DNA of 64,000 nt from Planctomycetota bacterium (GTDB lineage Bacteria > Planctomycetota > UBA1135 > UBA2386): NCBI GenBank assembly GCA_965228735.1, contig OZ245838.1, positions 64,001 to 128,000 on the forward strand, read 5' to 3'. A model generated the notes under the pieces. That model was given only the letters and a program-made list of their open reading frames with translations. It was not told where the DNA came from and searched no databases. This document shows, in pieces, positions 8,817 to 15,899 of this stretch; the stretch's first letter is position 1; each line of letters opens with the position of its first letter. A program made the position numbers and the translations under genes.

Positions 8817-10508
8817 ATGGTGGCTGCCACCACAACGAGCACGGGCACCGGCTCCGGCGCGATGCAGAACCTCGACGCCGAGCGCTCGGTCATCGGGGCG
8901 CTGCTGCTCGACGCGGACGCCCTCGCAGGCGTCGCCGGGTTGCGCCCCGAGGACTTCACATTGCGCCGTCACTCGCTGATCTTCACTGCCATCCTCGCCG
9001 CACGCGCTGCCGATCGCGGCACCGGCCCGCTCGCCGTTGGCGACGAGCTTCAACGACGCGGCCAGTTTGACGAGGCGGGCGGGCACGGGCTGCTGCTGGA
9101 CCTTCTCGAAGAGGCCCAAGCGCTCGCCGCGAACACTCAGGTTGAGCACCACGCGCGGATCGTCTCCGACCACGCGCGGCGCCGGCGTTTGGCGGCGGGT
9201 CTTCGGACCGCTGCGCATCGCGTCGAAGAAGGCGAGGATCCTGCCGAAGTCGAGGCGCGGCTTCGTGAGCACCTGGACGTCGCAGCACCCGCGCCGCGGC
9301 GGCGCGTTCGTGGTGCGCTTGAGGCGGCGACGGAGCCACCCGAGTCCTGGCTTGTCGATGATCTCCTACCGCTACGTGGCCTCGCGGTGCTCGCTGGCGC
9401 GCCATCGGCGGGCAAGTCGCTGCTCGCGCTCGATGTCAGCATGCGCGCGGCCCACGGGCTGCGGTTCTTCGGGCGCGCCGTGCGCCGCTCCTCGACGATC
9501 TACCTCGTAGGCGAAGGCCGGTTCGGCGCTCGCGTTCGCGCGTGGCGTCAGGCGCAGTCCGGGGCGCGCCTCTTGGACTGCGCCTTCGTCGATCTGGTCG
9601 ACGGGATCCCTGACTTGACGCAATCGACGGGCGTCGCCGAGTTGCGGAGCCTGGTCGAAGATGCCGCACGCCGGCACGGGCACCTTCCCGGGCTCATCGT
9701 TGTCGACACGCTGGCGATCGCGACCCCGGGTGCCGACGAGAACGACGCCGGAGCGATCGGGGCTGTCGTGGGGGCCCTGCTTGCGCTGTCGCGCGAGTTC
9801 GACCTGTTGGTCCTAGCCCTGCACCACCTCCGAAAGGGGCAGCCTGGGGCTCCTCGCGGCGGCGCAGACGCCGTCCGCGGGTCTGGGGCGCTGGTCGGTG
9901 CGGCAGATGCGGTTCTTGTTGCGGGCCAGGACGGCGACAGCAACGTGCTGCGCGTTGAGAAGTCCCGCGACGCGGAGCGTGGCCGGCCCTTGCGATACGA
10001 GGTCCGCGGGATTGCGACCGGGATCGCACGAGAGGACGGCAAGCCGGAGTTCGCCCCGGTCGTCATGCGCGCCGACGACAACGCCGGCGCGGCTGAGGAG
10101 GCCCGGCGTCGTGAGGTCGCCGCCGATGAACAGCGGCTGCGTGCTGTGGTCGAGGCGGTGGCCGGGATGGACGGAGGATTCGCGAAGTCGAAGCGCGCGA
10201 TCGTCGCGAGCGTCGCCGGTCGCGACCGCGACATCTACGCCGCGATCCAGGCCGCCGTCGAAGCTCGGAAACTGCTGCCCGAGGGTCGCGGGTTCCGAGT
10301 GCCCGAAACGCTGCCCGGAAGTGCTGCCGCTGGTGCTGCCCCCCTACGGGGGGCGGGCAGCACGGGCAGCGGTCAGCAGAGTGCTTCCGACGCTGCCGGG
10401 GCAGCACCGGGCAGCACCGGGCAGCACTTGCGGAACGGGGAGTCGGGGGTCGAGCCGCAGAACGACGGCATCGACGAGCGCAGCGGCAAGCGGCGGAGGA
10501 CTTCCTGA
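8817..10508 (+). CDS. Replicative helicase: DnaB N-terminal domain fused to RepA/AAA_25 (SF4) ATPase
   Basis: NLDAERSVIGALLLD..LRPEDF..RHSLIF (DnaB-N); WLVDDLLP..LAGAPSAGKS (Walker A), LIVVDTL (Walker B), DEND, HHLRK, RGSGAL. Confidence 0.85.
   Translation: MVAATTTSTGTGSGAMQNLDAERSVIGALLLDADALAGVAGLRPEDFTLRRHSLIFTAILAARAADRGTGPLAVGDELQRRGQFDEAGGHGLLLDLLEEAQALAANTQVEHHARIVSDHARRRRLAAGLRTAAHRVEEGEDPAEVEARLREHLDVAAPAPRRRVRGALEAATEPPESWLVDDLLPLRGLAVLAGAPSAGKSLLALDVSMRAAHGLRFFGRAVRRSSTIYLVGEGRFGARVRAWRQAQSGARLLDCAFVDLVDGIPDLTQSTGVAELRSLVEDAARRHGHLPGLIVVDTLAIATPGADENDAGAIGAVVGALLALSREFDLLVLALHHLRKGQPGAPRGGADAVRGSGALVGAADAVLVAGQDGDSNVLRVEKSRDAERGRPLRYEVRGIATGIAREDGKPEFAPVVMRADDNAGAAEEARRREVAADEQRLRAVVEAVAGMDGGFAKSKRAIVASVAGRDRDIYAAIQAAVEARKLLPEGRGFRVPETLPGSAAAGAAPLRGAGSTGSGQQSASDAAGAAPGSTGQHLRNGESGVEPQNDGIDERSGKRRRTS
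10321..10427. repeat. Iteron-like GGCAGCAC array around a C/G palindrome (putative replication origin)
   Basis: GTGCTGCC at 10321 and 10333; CCCCCCTACGGGGGG; GGCAGCAC at 10356, 10400, 10410, 10420. Confidence 0.6.
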
Positions 10509-10720
10509 TGGTCACGTGCCCGATCTGCGAGGACGGATTGCAGGAACTACAGCGCGGCCTGTGCCCACGCTGCGGCGACGCCGAGCGATCTGCCCGCCGG
10601 TCGCTCCGTGAGCGCGTGCTCGCCGCCCTGGAGCGCGGCGATCGGCCGGAGGCCGTCCGGGCCGAGAAGGCCCTACTCGACGAACTGCGCGGCCCTGTGC
10701 GGGCACGGAGGCCTCAATGA
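10508..10720 (+). CDS. Small zinc-ribbon protein
   Basis: CPIC-x11-CPRC; TGATG coupling to the helicase stop. Confidence 0.65.
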   Translation: MVTCPICEDGLQELQRGLCPRCGDAERSARRSLRERVLAALERGDRPEAVRAEKALLDELRGPVRARRPQ

Positions 10721-10941
10721 CCCCGCGGTGGACGAAGGCGTGGCGCCGCGCGATGGTCGCGGCGATCGGCGACGACGTGGCCGAGGAGCGGCTGCTCGAA
10801 CTCCGCGGGCTCGTGTGCGCGCTCGATGATCCGGAGGTCGCCGCAGTCGTCGCTCGCCATCTTGACCGAGGTGCCCTCGGCCGCGCGCTGCAGCGCGCCA
10901 GGGACGAATACCGGCGCCGTGTGCCGGCGGGGGCGCTGTGA
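10717..10941 (+). CDS. Hypothetical protein (satellite)
   Basis: ATGA overlap upstream and GTGA overlap downstream; GGAGG upstream. Confidence 0.55.
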   Translation: MTPRWTKAWRRAMVAAIGDDVAEERLLELRGLVCALDDPEVAAVVARHLDRGALGRALQRARDEYRRRVPAGAL

Positions 10942-11213
10942 CCCGCGCACCCGCAATCGGACTCCGTCTCGCGCACCGCGTGGACGGCACGCCGTTCCTG
11001 CACGGACTCGCCGGCAGCGATTTCACGGTGCCGGCCGGCAGTCGCGTGCAGCTTCGCAGGCTGCGACCGGATGGACCAGGCGACTCGCCGACGCACGCGA
11101 TCGTCTTCGCGCCGCCGGACCCGCGGGTGACTGAGAAGGAGATCGAGCAGGCCGTGCGAGACAGCGCATGGCATCGCGTTGATCCGCGGCGCGCACCCGG
11201 GGAAGCGCCATGA
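10938..11213 (+). CDS. Hypothetical protein (satellite)
   Basis: GTGA overlap with the previous ORF; plausible beta-rich small domain. Confidence 0.55.
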   Translation: MTRAPAIGLRLAHRVDGTPFLHGLAGSDFTVPAGSRVQLRRLRPDGPGDSPTHAIVFAPPDPRVTEKEIEQAVRDSAWHRVDPRRAPGEAP

Positions 11214-11372
11214 CCCCGAACACGAACACCGCTCGACGGCGCGGCCCGCGTCGCCGAGCACCGGCCGTTCGCGCGCAACACAGGGGCGCGTGCGCGGCCT
11301 GTCTTCATTCTGTCCGGACACAGCCGCCACGTTGGCGGCGTCGTGACCGGGCCAACCCGACTGATTCACGAC

Positions 11373-12242
11373 ATGAGCAACAACACCGATGACCGTGCTG
11401 GCGACGTGCTGGCACAACTTGAGCAGCGCCGAGCCGGCCAGGCACAAGCCGAGGCCACCGCGCGCCAGCAGGCCGTGGCCGCCTATGCCGCGGCGATCCG
11501 CAGTCAGTGCGACGATGGCGTCGAGGCGCCGGCCGTCGAGCAACTTGACGCCGCACTCCGTGCGCTTGACCTCACCGTCGACGACCTTCGCCATGATGCG
11601 AACGTTGTCGCCGGAATCCTGAGAGACCGGGAGAGCGACCCCGCCGAGGCGGTGGCAGTTCTTGAGCGAGCTTCCCGCGAACGCGATCGGCTGCTCGATG
11701 AGGCGCGCGAACTGCGAGCGCGGGCGGACGAGATCGAGACCGCAGCGCAGCAGGAGCACGCCGCCGCCGAGCGGGAGGCGCAGGCCGTGCAGCAAGCGCA
11801 CGCGCAGGCCGACGAGCGCTTGCGCATCATGGTCGACCGTCTCGCGCAACGCGGCGTGACCATCGACGCCGAACTCGCGGCCGTGCTGCAGCGGCCGGCG
11901 GAACCGGAACGGCCGGCGCGGCACCTCCACGAAGTTCGCGCCAAGGTCGCCGTTCACGTCGACGGCCGGTCTCGTCAGGCCGGCGAGGTCTTCATTTGGA
12001 ACTGCGCGGACGAAGAACTCCGCGAGCGCGCGGATGTTCTTGAGCTTGCCCAGCAAGATCCTGCGCCGACTCCGTTCGATGGCCCCGACCCCACGCCCCG
12101 CGGAAAGGGCGATGATGATCTGGTCGACCTTCGCGACTGGCCGCACACGAGTGCTGGGTTCGCGGCGCGTGAACGTGCGCTTGCCGAACAGCGCGACACG
12201 GCCGAGGCCAAGGCGGCGGTAGGGGAGGGCGCCCCGCAATGA
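11373..12242 (+). CDS. Coiled-coil hypothetical protein (satellite)
   Basis: Long Ala/Glu/Gln/Arg heptad-like region; stop overlaps the next ATG. Confidence 0.7.
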   Translation: MSNNTDDRAGDVLAQLEQRRAGQAQAEATARQQAVAAYAAAIRSQCDDGVEAPAVEQLDAALRALDLTVDDLRHDANVVAGILRDRESDPAEAVAVLERASRERDRLLDEARELRARADEIETAAQQEHAAAEREAQAVQQAHAQADERLRIMVDRLAQRGVTIDAELAAVLQRPAEPERPARHLHEVRAKVAVHVDGRSRQAGEVFIWNCADEELRERADVLELAQQDPAPTPFDGPDPTPRGKGDDDLVDLRDWPHTSAGFAARERALAEQRDTAEAKAAVGEGAPQ

Positions 12243-12631
12243 CGAGCCTCGACTTCAACGAAGCCGCGACCAAGCTGTTCGGCGGCGCGGGATCGAAGCC
12301 GGCCACCACCGCCGCGGCCGAGCCCACGAACTTCCGCGACGCGGCGACCGCGGTCTACGGCACGAGCGAGCCATCCTCTGAGCCGCCCGTCACGCGCGAC
12401 GACCTGAGCGGCATCTCGTTGTTCGGTTCGCCGGACGAATGGCGTGCCGAGATCGAGCGCGCCTACGGCCCCGATCTGCCGGTCGCGCAGCGGCTGGCCG
12501 CGGCCGGGCTTGCTGCTGACTCGGACGATCCGGCCGCAGCCCGGGCAGCGATCGCTCAAGGTGGCGTCTCGCCTGCCCGGTTCCGCGAACTCGTAGCGAT
12601 CGGCCGTCGTGTCGCTGGGGGCGGCCGATGA
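12239..12631 (+). CDS. Hypothetical protein, possibly capsid-scaffold-like
   Basis: GGAGG RBS and ATGA coupling; repeated FxxAATxL/VF/YG motif; W..EIERAYG and FRELVAIGR segments. Confidence 0.5.
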   Translation: MTSLDFNEAATKLFGGAGSKPATTAAAEPTNFRDAATAVYGTSEPSSEPPVTRDDLSGISLFGSPDEWRAEIERAYGPDLPVAQRLAAAGLAADSDDPAAARAAIAQGGVSPARFRELVAIGRRVAGGGR

Positions 12632-13053
12632 GTGCCGTCCCTGATTCGCAGGCCGGAACAGGCGGGCGCGACCCGGCAACGGGTCGATTTCGTCCGGGGT
12701 TCTCCGGCAATCCAGCCGGCCGACCTGGGCGCCCGAGCGCGATCCGCATCGCGTCCGAGCGAGCGCAGGAGCGGGGCACAACGATCGAGGCCGAATTGGG
12801 TCTCGTGTTCGACGCCTTGCTGGACAGGGCCAAGGCCGGCGATGTTCAGGCGGCGCGACTGCTGCTCGACGCGCTCGTTGAGCGTGACCCGACGCGCGTC
12901 GAGGTCATCGAGCACGAGAACCCGGCCGCCATGCCGGAGGACGAGCGGATCGCGCGCGTCATGCAGTTCGTTCGGATCGCCGAAGGGCGCCGCGCAGCTG
13001 CAGAGGCCGCAGAAGCTGACCGTGAGGATCCCGAGGGCGATGACGCCGGCTGA
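12628..13053 (+). CDS. Terminase small subunit-like protein (DUF5681 motif)
   Basis: GRFRPGFSGNPAGRP motif and AKAGDVQAARLLLD helix, typical of DUF5681/TerS-like proteins. Confidence 0.75.
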   Translation: MSAVPDSQAGTGGRDPATGRFRPGFSGNPAGRPGRPSAIRIASERAQERGTTIEAELGLVFDALLDRAKAGDVQAARLLLDALVERDPTRVEVIEHENPAAMPEDERIARVMQFVRIAEGRRAAAEAAEADREDPEGDDAG

Positions 13054-13588
13054 CACGGTCCGAGCGGCGATGACGCGGTGGGTTCGGCCTGCCGTGACGG
13101 CGCCGATGGACTCTGTCGGCGCCGCGGTGTCGGCCGGCGAGGTTGCCATCGCGCGCCGGCACGGCGCCTGGTTCGACGAGTTGATCGTGCATTCCGTCGA
13201 TGACCGCCGAGACGGGCCGGCTGTCGCTGGGGCGCTCGTGGCGGCGGCCCGCGACCTCGCTCCCGTCCATGTCGTCGTTCTTGATCCGGGGCGCGATCCC
13301 GTTGGTCACTTGCGAGCCCTCGCGCTCCAGGTCGAGCAGGTCGACGAGCGCCGGGCTGTCGCCCTTGTCGATCGACTCGTGGAGGCGGCGGGCCGTGAAC
13401 GCGATCCGATCGCGCTGCCCGACGACCCGTGCCTGCTCGCGCCCCTGTGTGGTCGACAACGTCCCGATGTCCTAGCCTTGGCTGTGGCCACCGCGCTGAT
13501 CGAAACCCCGCGACGGGACGACGTGCGCGACCTCGCGCGCGGCCACGACCGCAACGAGTTCGATCCGTTCGCCCCCTTCCGCAGGTAG
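13040..13588 (+). CDS. Stand-alone degenerate terminase large subunit C-terminal (RNase H-like nuclease) domain
   Basis: AAMTRW..PMDSVG..IARRHGAWFDEL..DGPAVAG..RD.APVH..IALPDDP.LLA.LC..ALIETP..DPFA follows a podovirus TerL C-terminus as I recall it; no ATPase domain. Confidence 0.6.
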   Translation: MTPADTVRAAMTRWVRPAVTAPMDSVGAAVSAGEVAIARRHGAWFDELIVHSVDDRRDGPAVAGALVAAARDLAPVHVVVLDPGRDPVGHLRALALQVEQVDERRAVALVDRLVEAAGRERDPIALPDDPCLLAPLCGRQRPDVLALAVATALIETPRRDDVRDLARGHDRNEFDPFAPFRR

Positions 13589-13597
13589 CGTCTCGGC

Positions 13598-13912
13598 ATG
13601 TGTCCGCGCCCGCTCCTTCGCCGCGAGCCGGCCGCCGCCCTGCCTCGGTGGGTCGGCGTAGCGCCGCGGGTGCCGGCCGTCATCGTGCGCGACCTGATGG
13701 CGCTCGCCGGGCGCTGTGACCGCGCCATCCCAGAGTTGCGTCGAGCGGTCCGGGCGGCCCGTCGAGCCGTCGATCGCGCGTGTCCCGATCCTGGAGTTCA
13801 CGCCGCGCTACGAGCCCGGCTCCGTGACGCTGAGCAGGAACTGGAGGCGGCCAAGACCGCAGCCGAGGAGGCAGCGCGCTGGGCTCGGGAACTCCGGTCG
13901 GCGATGGTGTAG
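13598..13912 (+). CDS. Hypothetical helical protein (satellite)
   Basis: Fills the gap between co-oriented ORFs; coiled-coil C-terminus. Confidence 0.45.
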   Translation: MCPRPLLRREPAAALPRWVGVAPRVPAVIVRDLMALAGRCDRAIPELRRAVRAARRAVDRACPDPGVHAALRARLRDAEQELEAAKTAAEEAARWARELRSAMV

Positions 13913-13955
13913 GATCGCGGGCGGGGTGCGCAGTGGAGGGAGCCAGGAGCCCCTG

Positions 13956-14312
13956 ATGCACGACGACGCGCTGTCCCTCCCTCTCGGCCCCAAGCTCGAC
14001 CGCGAAGTCGCCGAGGCTATCGGGCACCCGACCGCCGACCCGGAGACCGTGAAGTTGGGTCTGCCGACGACCGGGATGGGGGCGACGTTTCCACCGTCCT
14101 TCTCAGCCGGCCTGCAGGAAGCGCGGTTGCTGGTCTCATGGATCGGAGAGGCGGACCCGGCCGCGCGGCTGGTCGTGACTCACGACTTCGCATCCGGCAC
14201 GGTCACGGCCGCGACCGATCGGGGTTCGTCCGGCCCGTGCGCGACCCGCAACGAGGCGCTGTGCCGGCTGATTCTGGCGGCCTACGACCGGCGGCGCCGA
14301 GGTCATCACTGA
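13956..14312 (+). CDS. Phage ABA-sandwich (BC1872-like) domain protein
   Basis: AGGAG RBS; GPKLDREVAEAIG...PSFSAGLQEA...EALCRLILAA pattern. Confidence 0.6.
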   Translation: MHDDALSLPLGPKLDREVAEAIGHPTADPETVKLGLPTTGMGATFPPSFSAGLQEARLLVSWIGEADPAARLVVTHDFASGTVTAATDRGSSGPCATRNEALCRLILAAYDRRRRGHH

Positions 14313-14434
14313 GGTCGCCGCAGGGGCCTCGCTGGACACGTCTCGCGGGCGTCTGGCTCGTCGCGTCGAGGTGTTGCGGTGGGCCGAGGAACTGGTCGCT
14401 CGTGAGGCCAGATTCGGGGGCGAATCCGGCTCGC

Positions 14435-14455
14435 TGGGTGACAGTGTGGGTGACA
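14435..14455 (+). promoter_or_regulatory. Putative integrase arm-type binding sites (TGGGTGACA x2)
   Basis: TCGCTGGGTGACAGTGTGGGTGACA matches TCGCTGGGTGACACTTTGGGTGACA at 7169-7193. Confidence 0.65.
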
Positions 14456-14523
14456 GCGGGGCGCTTGCTGTCGGGTGCCGCGGCTGTTCGCGGCTCTAAC
14501 CCTCGGCTGGGCGGCGGGTTATG

Positions 14524-14599
14524 TGGTGGAGAGTAGGGGAGTCGAACCCCTGACCTCTACAATGCCATTGTAGCGCTCTACCAACTGAGCTAACTCCCC
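14524..14599 (-). tRNA. tRNA-Ala(GGC)
   Basis: GGGGAGTTAGCTCAGTTGGTAGAGCGCTACAATGGCATTGTAGAGGTCAGGGGTTCGACTCCCCTACTCTCCACCA: cloverleaf, anticodon GGC, G3:U70, encoded CCA. Confidence 0.98.
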
Positions 14600-14647
14600 G
14601 CCGAGGTCTTGCTTCCGGAGGTGCGGGGACCACCGGGAGGGGCCGAG

Positions 14648-14675
14648 AAGCTAGCGATCGGCGCGCCGGGGTCAA
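14648..14675 (-). promoter_or_regulatory. Putative sigma70 promoter of tRNA-Ala
   Basis: TTGACC-16 nt-TAGCTT on the minus strand, about 50 nt upstream of the tRNA. Confidence 0.5.
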
Positions 14676-14909
14676 GCGCGAATCGCCCGGTTGCTCGCCG
14701 TGGCTGACATCGGCTTTACCAACGCTTGCGCGATCGGCCCTGGTCGTCGGCGCGTATCGTCGCTACGCTGAGCCGCACTCGCCGAACGATCGTCTAGGCG
14801 CGGTTCGCTTCTGCAGTCGGGTGGTTCCGACTACGTGGACCGGGGGTCGTCGGCGGCAGGTCACAAGTGCGGTCCCGTGGTGTCGCGGCGCCGCCCAACA
14901 GGTCACCCA

Positions 14910-15863
14910 ATGGTCAAGCAAGGTTCGTTCTTCCAGCGCCTCAAGGAGCGCTGGGGATCCTCGTCCGGCGTCCGCGTGGACAACAGCGCGGAGCCGGTTT
15001 CCCGGCGCGCAGGCAGCAGCTCGGCGAAGGCCGCGGTCAAGCCGCAGGCCAGTCGTTCGCAGGCGGGCAACCGTGCGCGGGCGCCGGCGGGCAACGGCAA
15101 GTCGGCCGCCGAGACGCGCAGCAAGCCGGTCGAGCCCGCGCCGCAGGCCCGCGTCGAGCGCGTGCAGCCCGGCCGCGAGCTCGCCGATGGTGCGCCGATC
15201 GAGCGCCGTTCGTCGCGCAAGATGTCGGAGCGCGAAGAGGCGATGATGGCGCTCAACTCGCAGTTTCAGGAGCTGACGACGCTGCTGCGTGGCTCGCACC
15301 AGAGCGTCGACGACAAGCTCGGCAAGCTCGTGCAGGCCACCGACGCGCTGTCGTCGCTGCCCGCGGTCGGCGAACGCCAGCTGCAGGCGCTCAAGGCGAT
15401 CTCCGATCACATGGAGCGCCAGAACGTCCTCGGCGAGCGCATGGCGTCGTCGGTGACGCAGCTGCCGACCATGCTCAGCAAGGTCGAGAAGGCGCTCGAA
15501 CGCGCTGCGGCGACCGACGAGCGCACGGCCGCGACGGTCAAGGAGTTCCAGACGACGATGGATCGCATCCACACGTCGATGAGCGATCAGGTCGCGGCGA
15601 CCCAGCAGCTCGCGGAGCGCAAGGACGAGGGCATGCTCGACATCGCGAAGGGCATCGAGAACTCGAACGAGAAGGCGCTGTCCGATCTCCGTCGCACGAC
15701 GGACGAGAGCCTGCAGTCGCTGCGCCGCACGCACGAAGACCAGAGCAACCGCCTGCAGAAGGTCGTGCAGGAGAACGCCGGCTGGAACCGCGCGGTGCTC
15801 GTCGGCATCGGTCTCGTGGTCGTCGGCATCGGCGCGCTGATCGTGCTGCAGCTGTTCCGCTGA
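14910..15863 (+). CDS. Coiled-coil protein with C-terminal transmembrane anchor
   Basis: Disordered N-terminus, long heptad region, terminal AVLVGIGLVVVGIGALIVLQLF. Confidence 0.75.
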   Translation: MVKQGSFFQRLKERWGSSSGVRVDNSAEPVSRRAGSSSAKAAVKPQASRSQAGNRARAPAGNGKSAAETRSKPVEPAPQARVERVQPGRELADGAPIERRSSRKMSEREEAMMALNSQFQELTTLLRGSHQSVDDKLGKLVQATDALSSLPAVGERQLQALKAISDHMERQNVLGERMASSVTQLPTMLSKVEKALERAAATDERTAATVKEFQTTMDRIHTSMSDQVAATQQLAERKDEGMLDIAKGIENSNEKALSDLRRTTDESLQSLRRTHEDQSNRLQKVVQENAGWNRAVLVGIGLVVVGIGALIVLQLFR

Positions 15864-15899
15864 ACGGTGGGCTCTTTGGTGGGCGAGCCCGAGACGCGG

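Larger units (their letters stand above)
7007..14569. mobile_element. Integrated phage-satellite-like (PICI/PICMI-like) element in tRNA-Ala(GGC)
   Basis: Exact 47-bp direct repeats at both ends; integrase, excisionase, helicase and TerS-like genes, all on + strand; no structural genes recognised. Confidence 0.88.

Noticed and set aside
11210..11392. 60-aa ORF within the satellite
   Set aside because: It has an ATGA overlap but is Arg-rich and featureless; the region may instead be regulatory. Not enough support to call.
12632..13039. N-terminal extension of the TerL-like ORF as given in the ORF track
   Set aside because: It overlaps the TerS-like gene in another frame, is Arg/Ser-rich and has no Walker motifs; ATG 13040 is the more plausible start.
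7007..14569. Complete prophage or conjugative element
   Set aside because: Only 7.5 kb; no capsid, portal, tail, lysis, relaxase or T4SS genes recognised.
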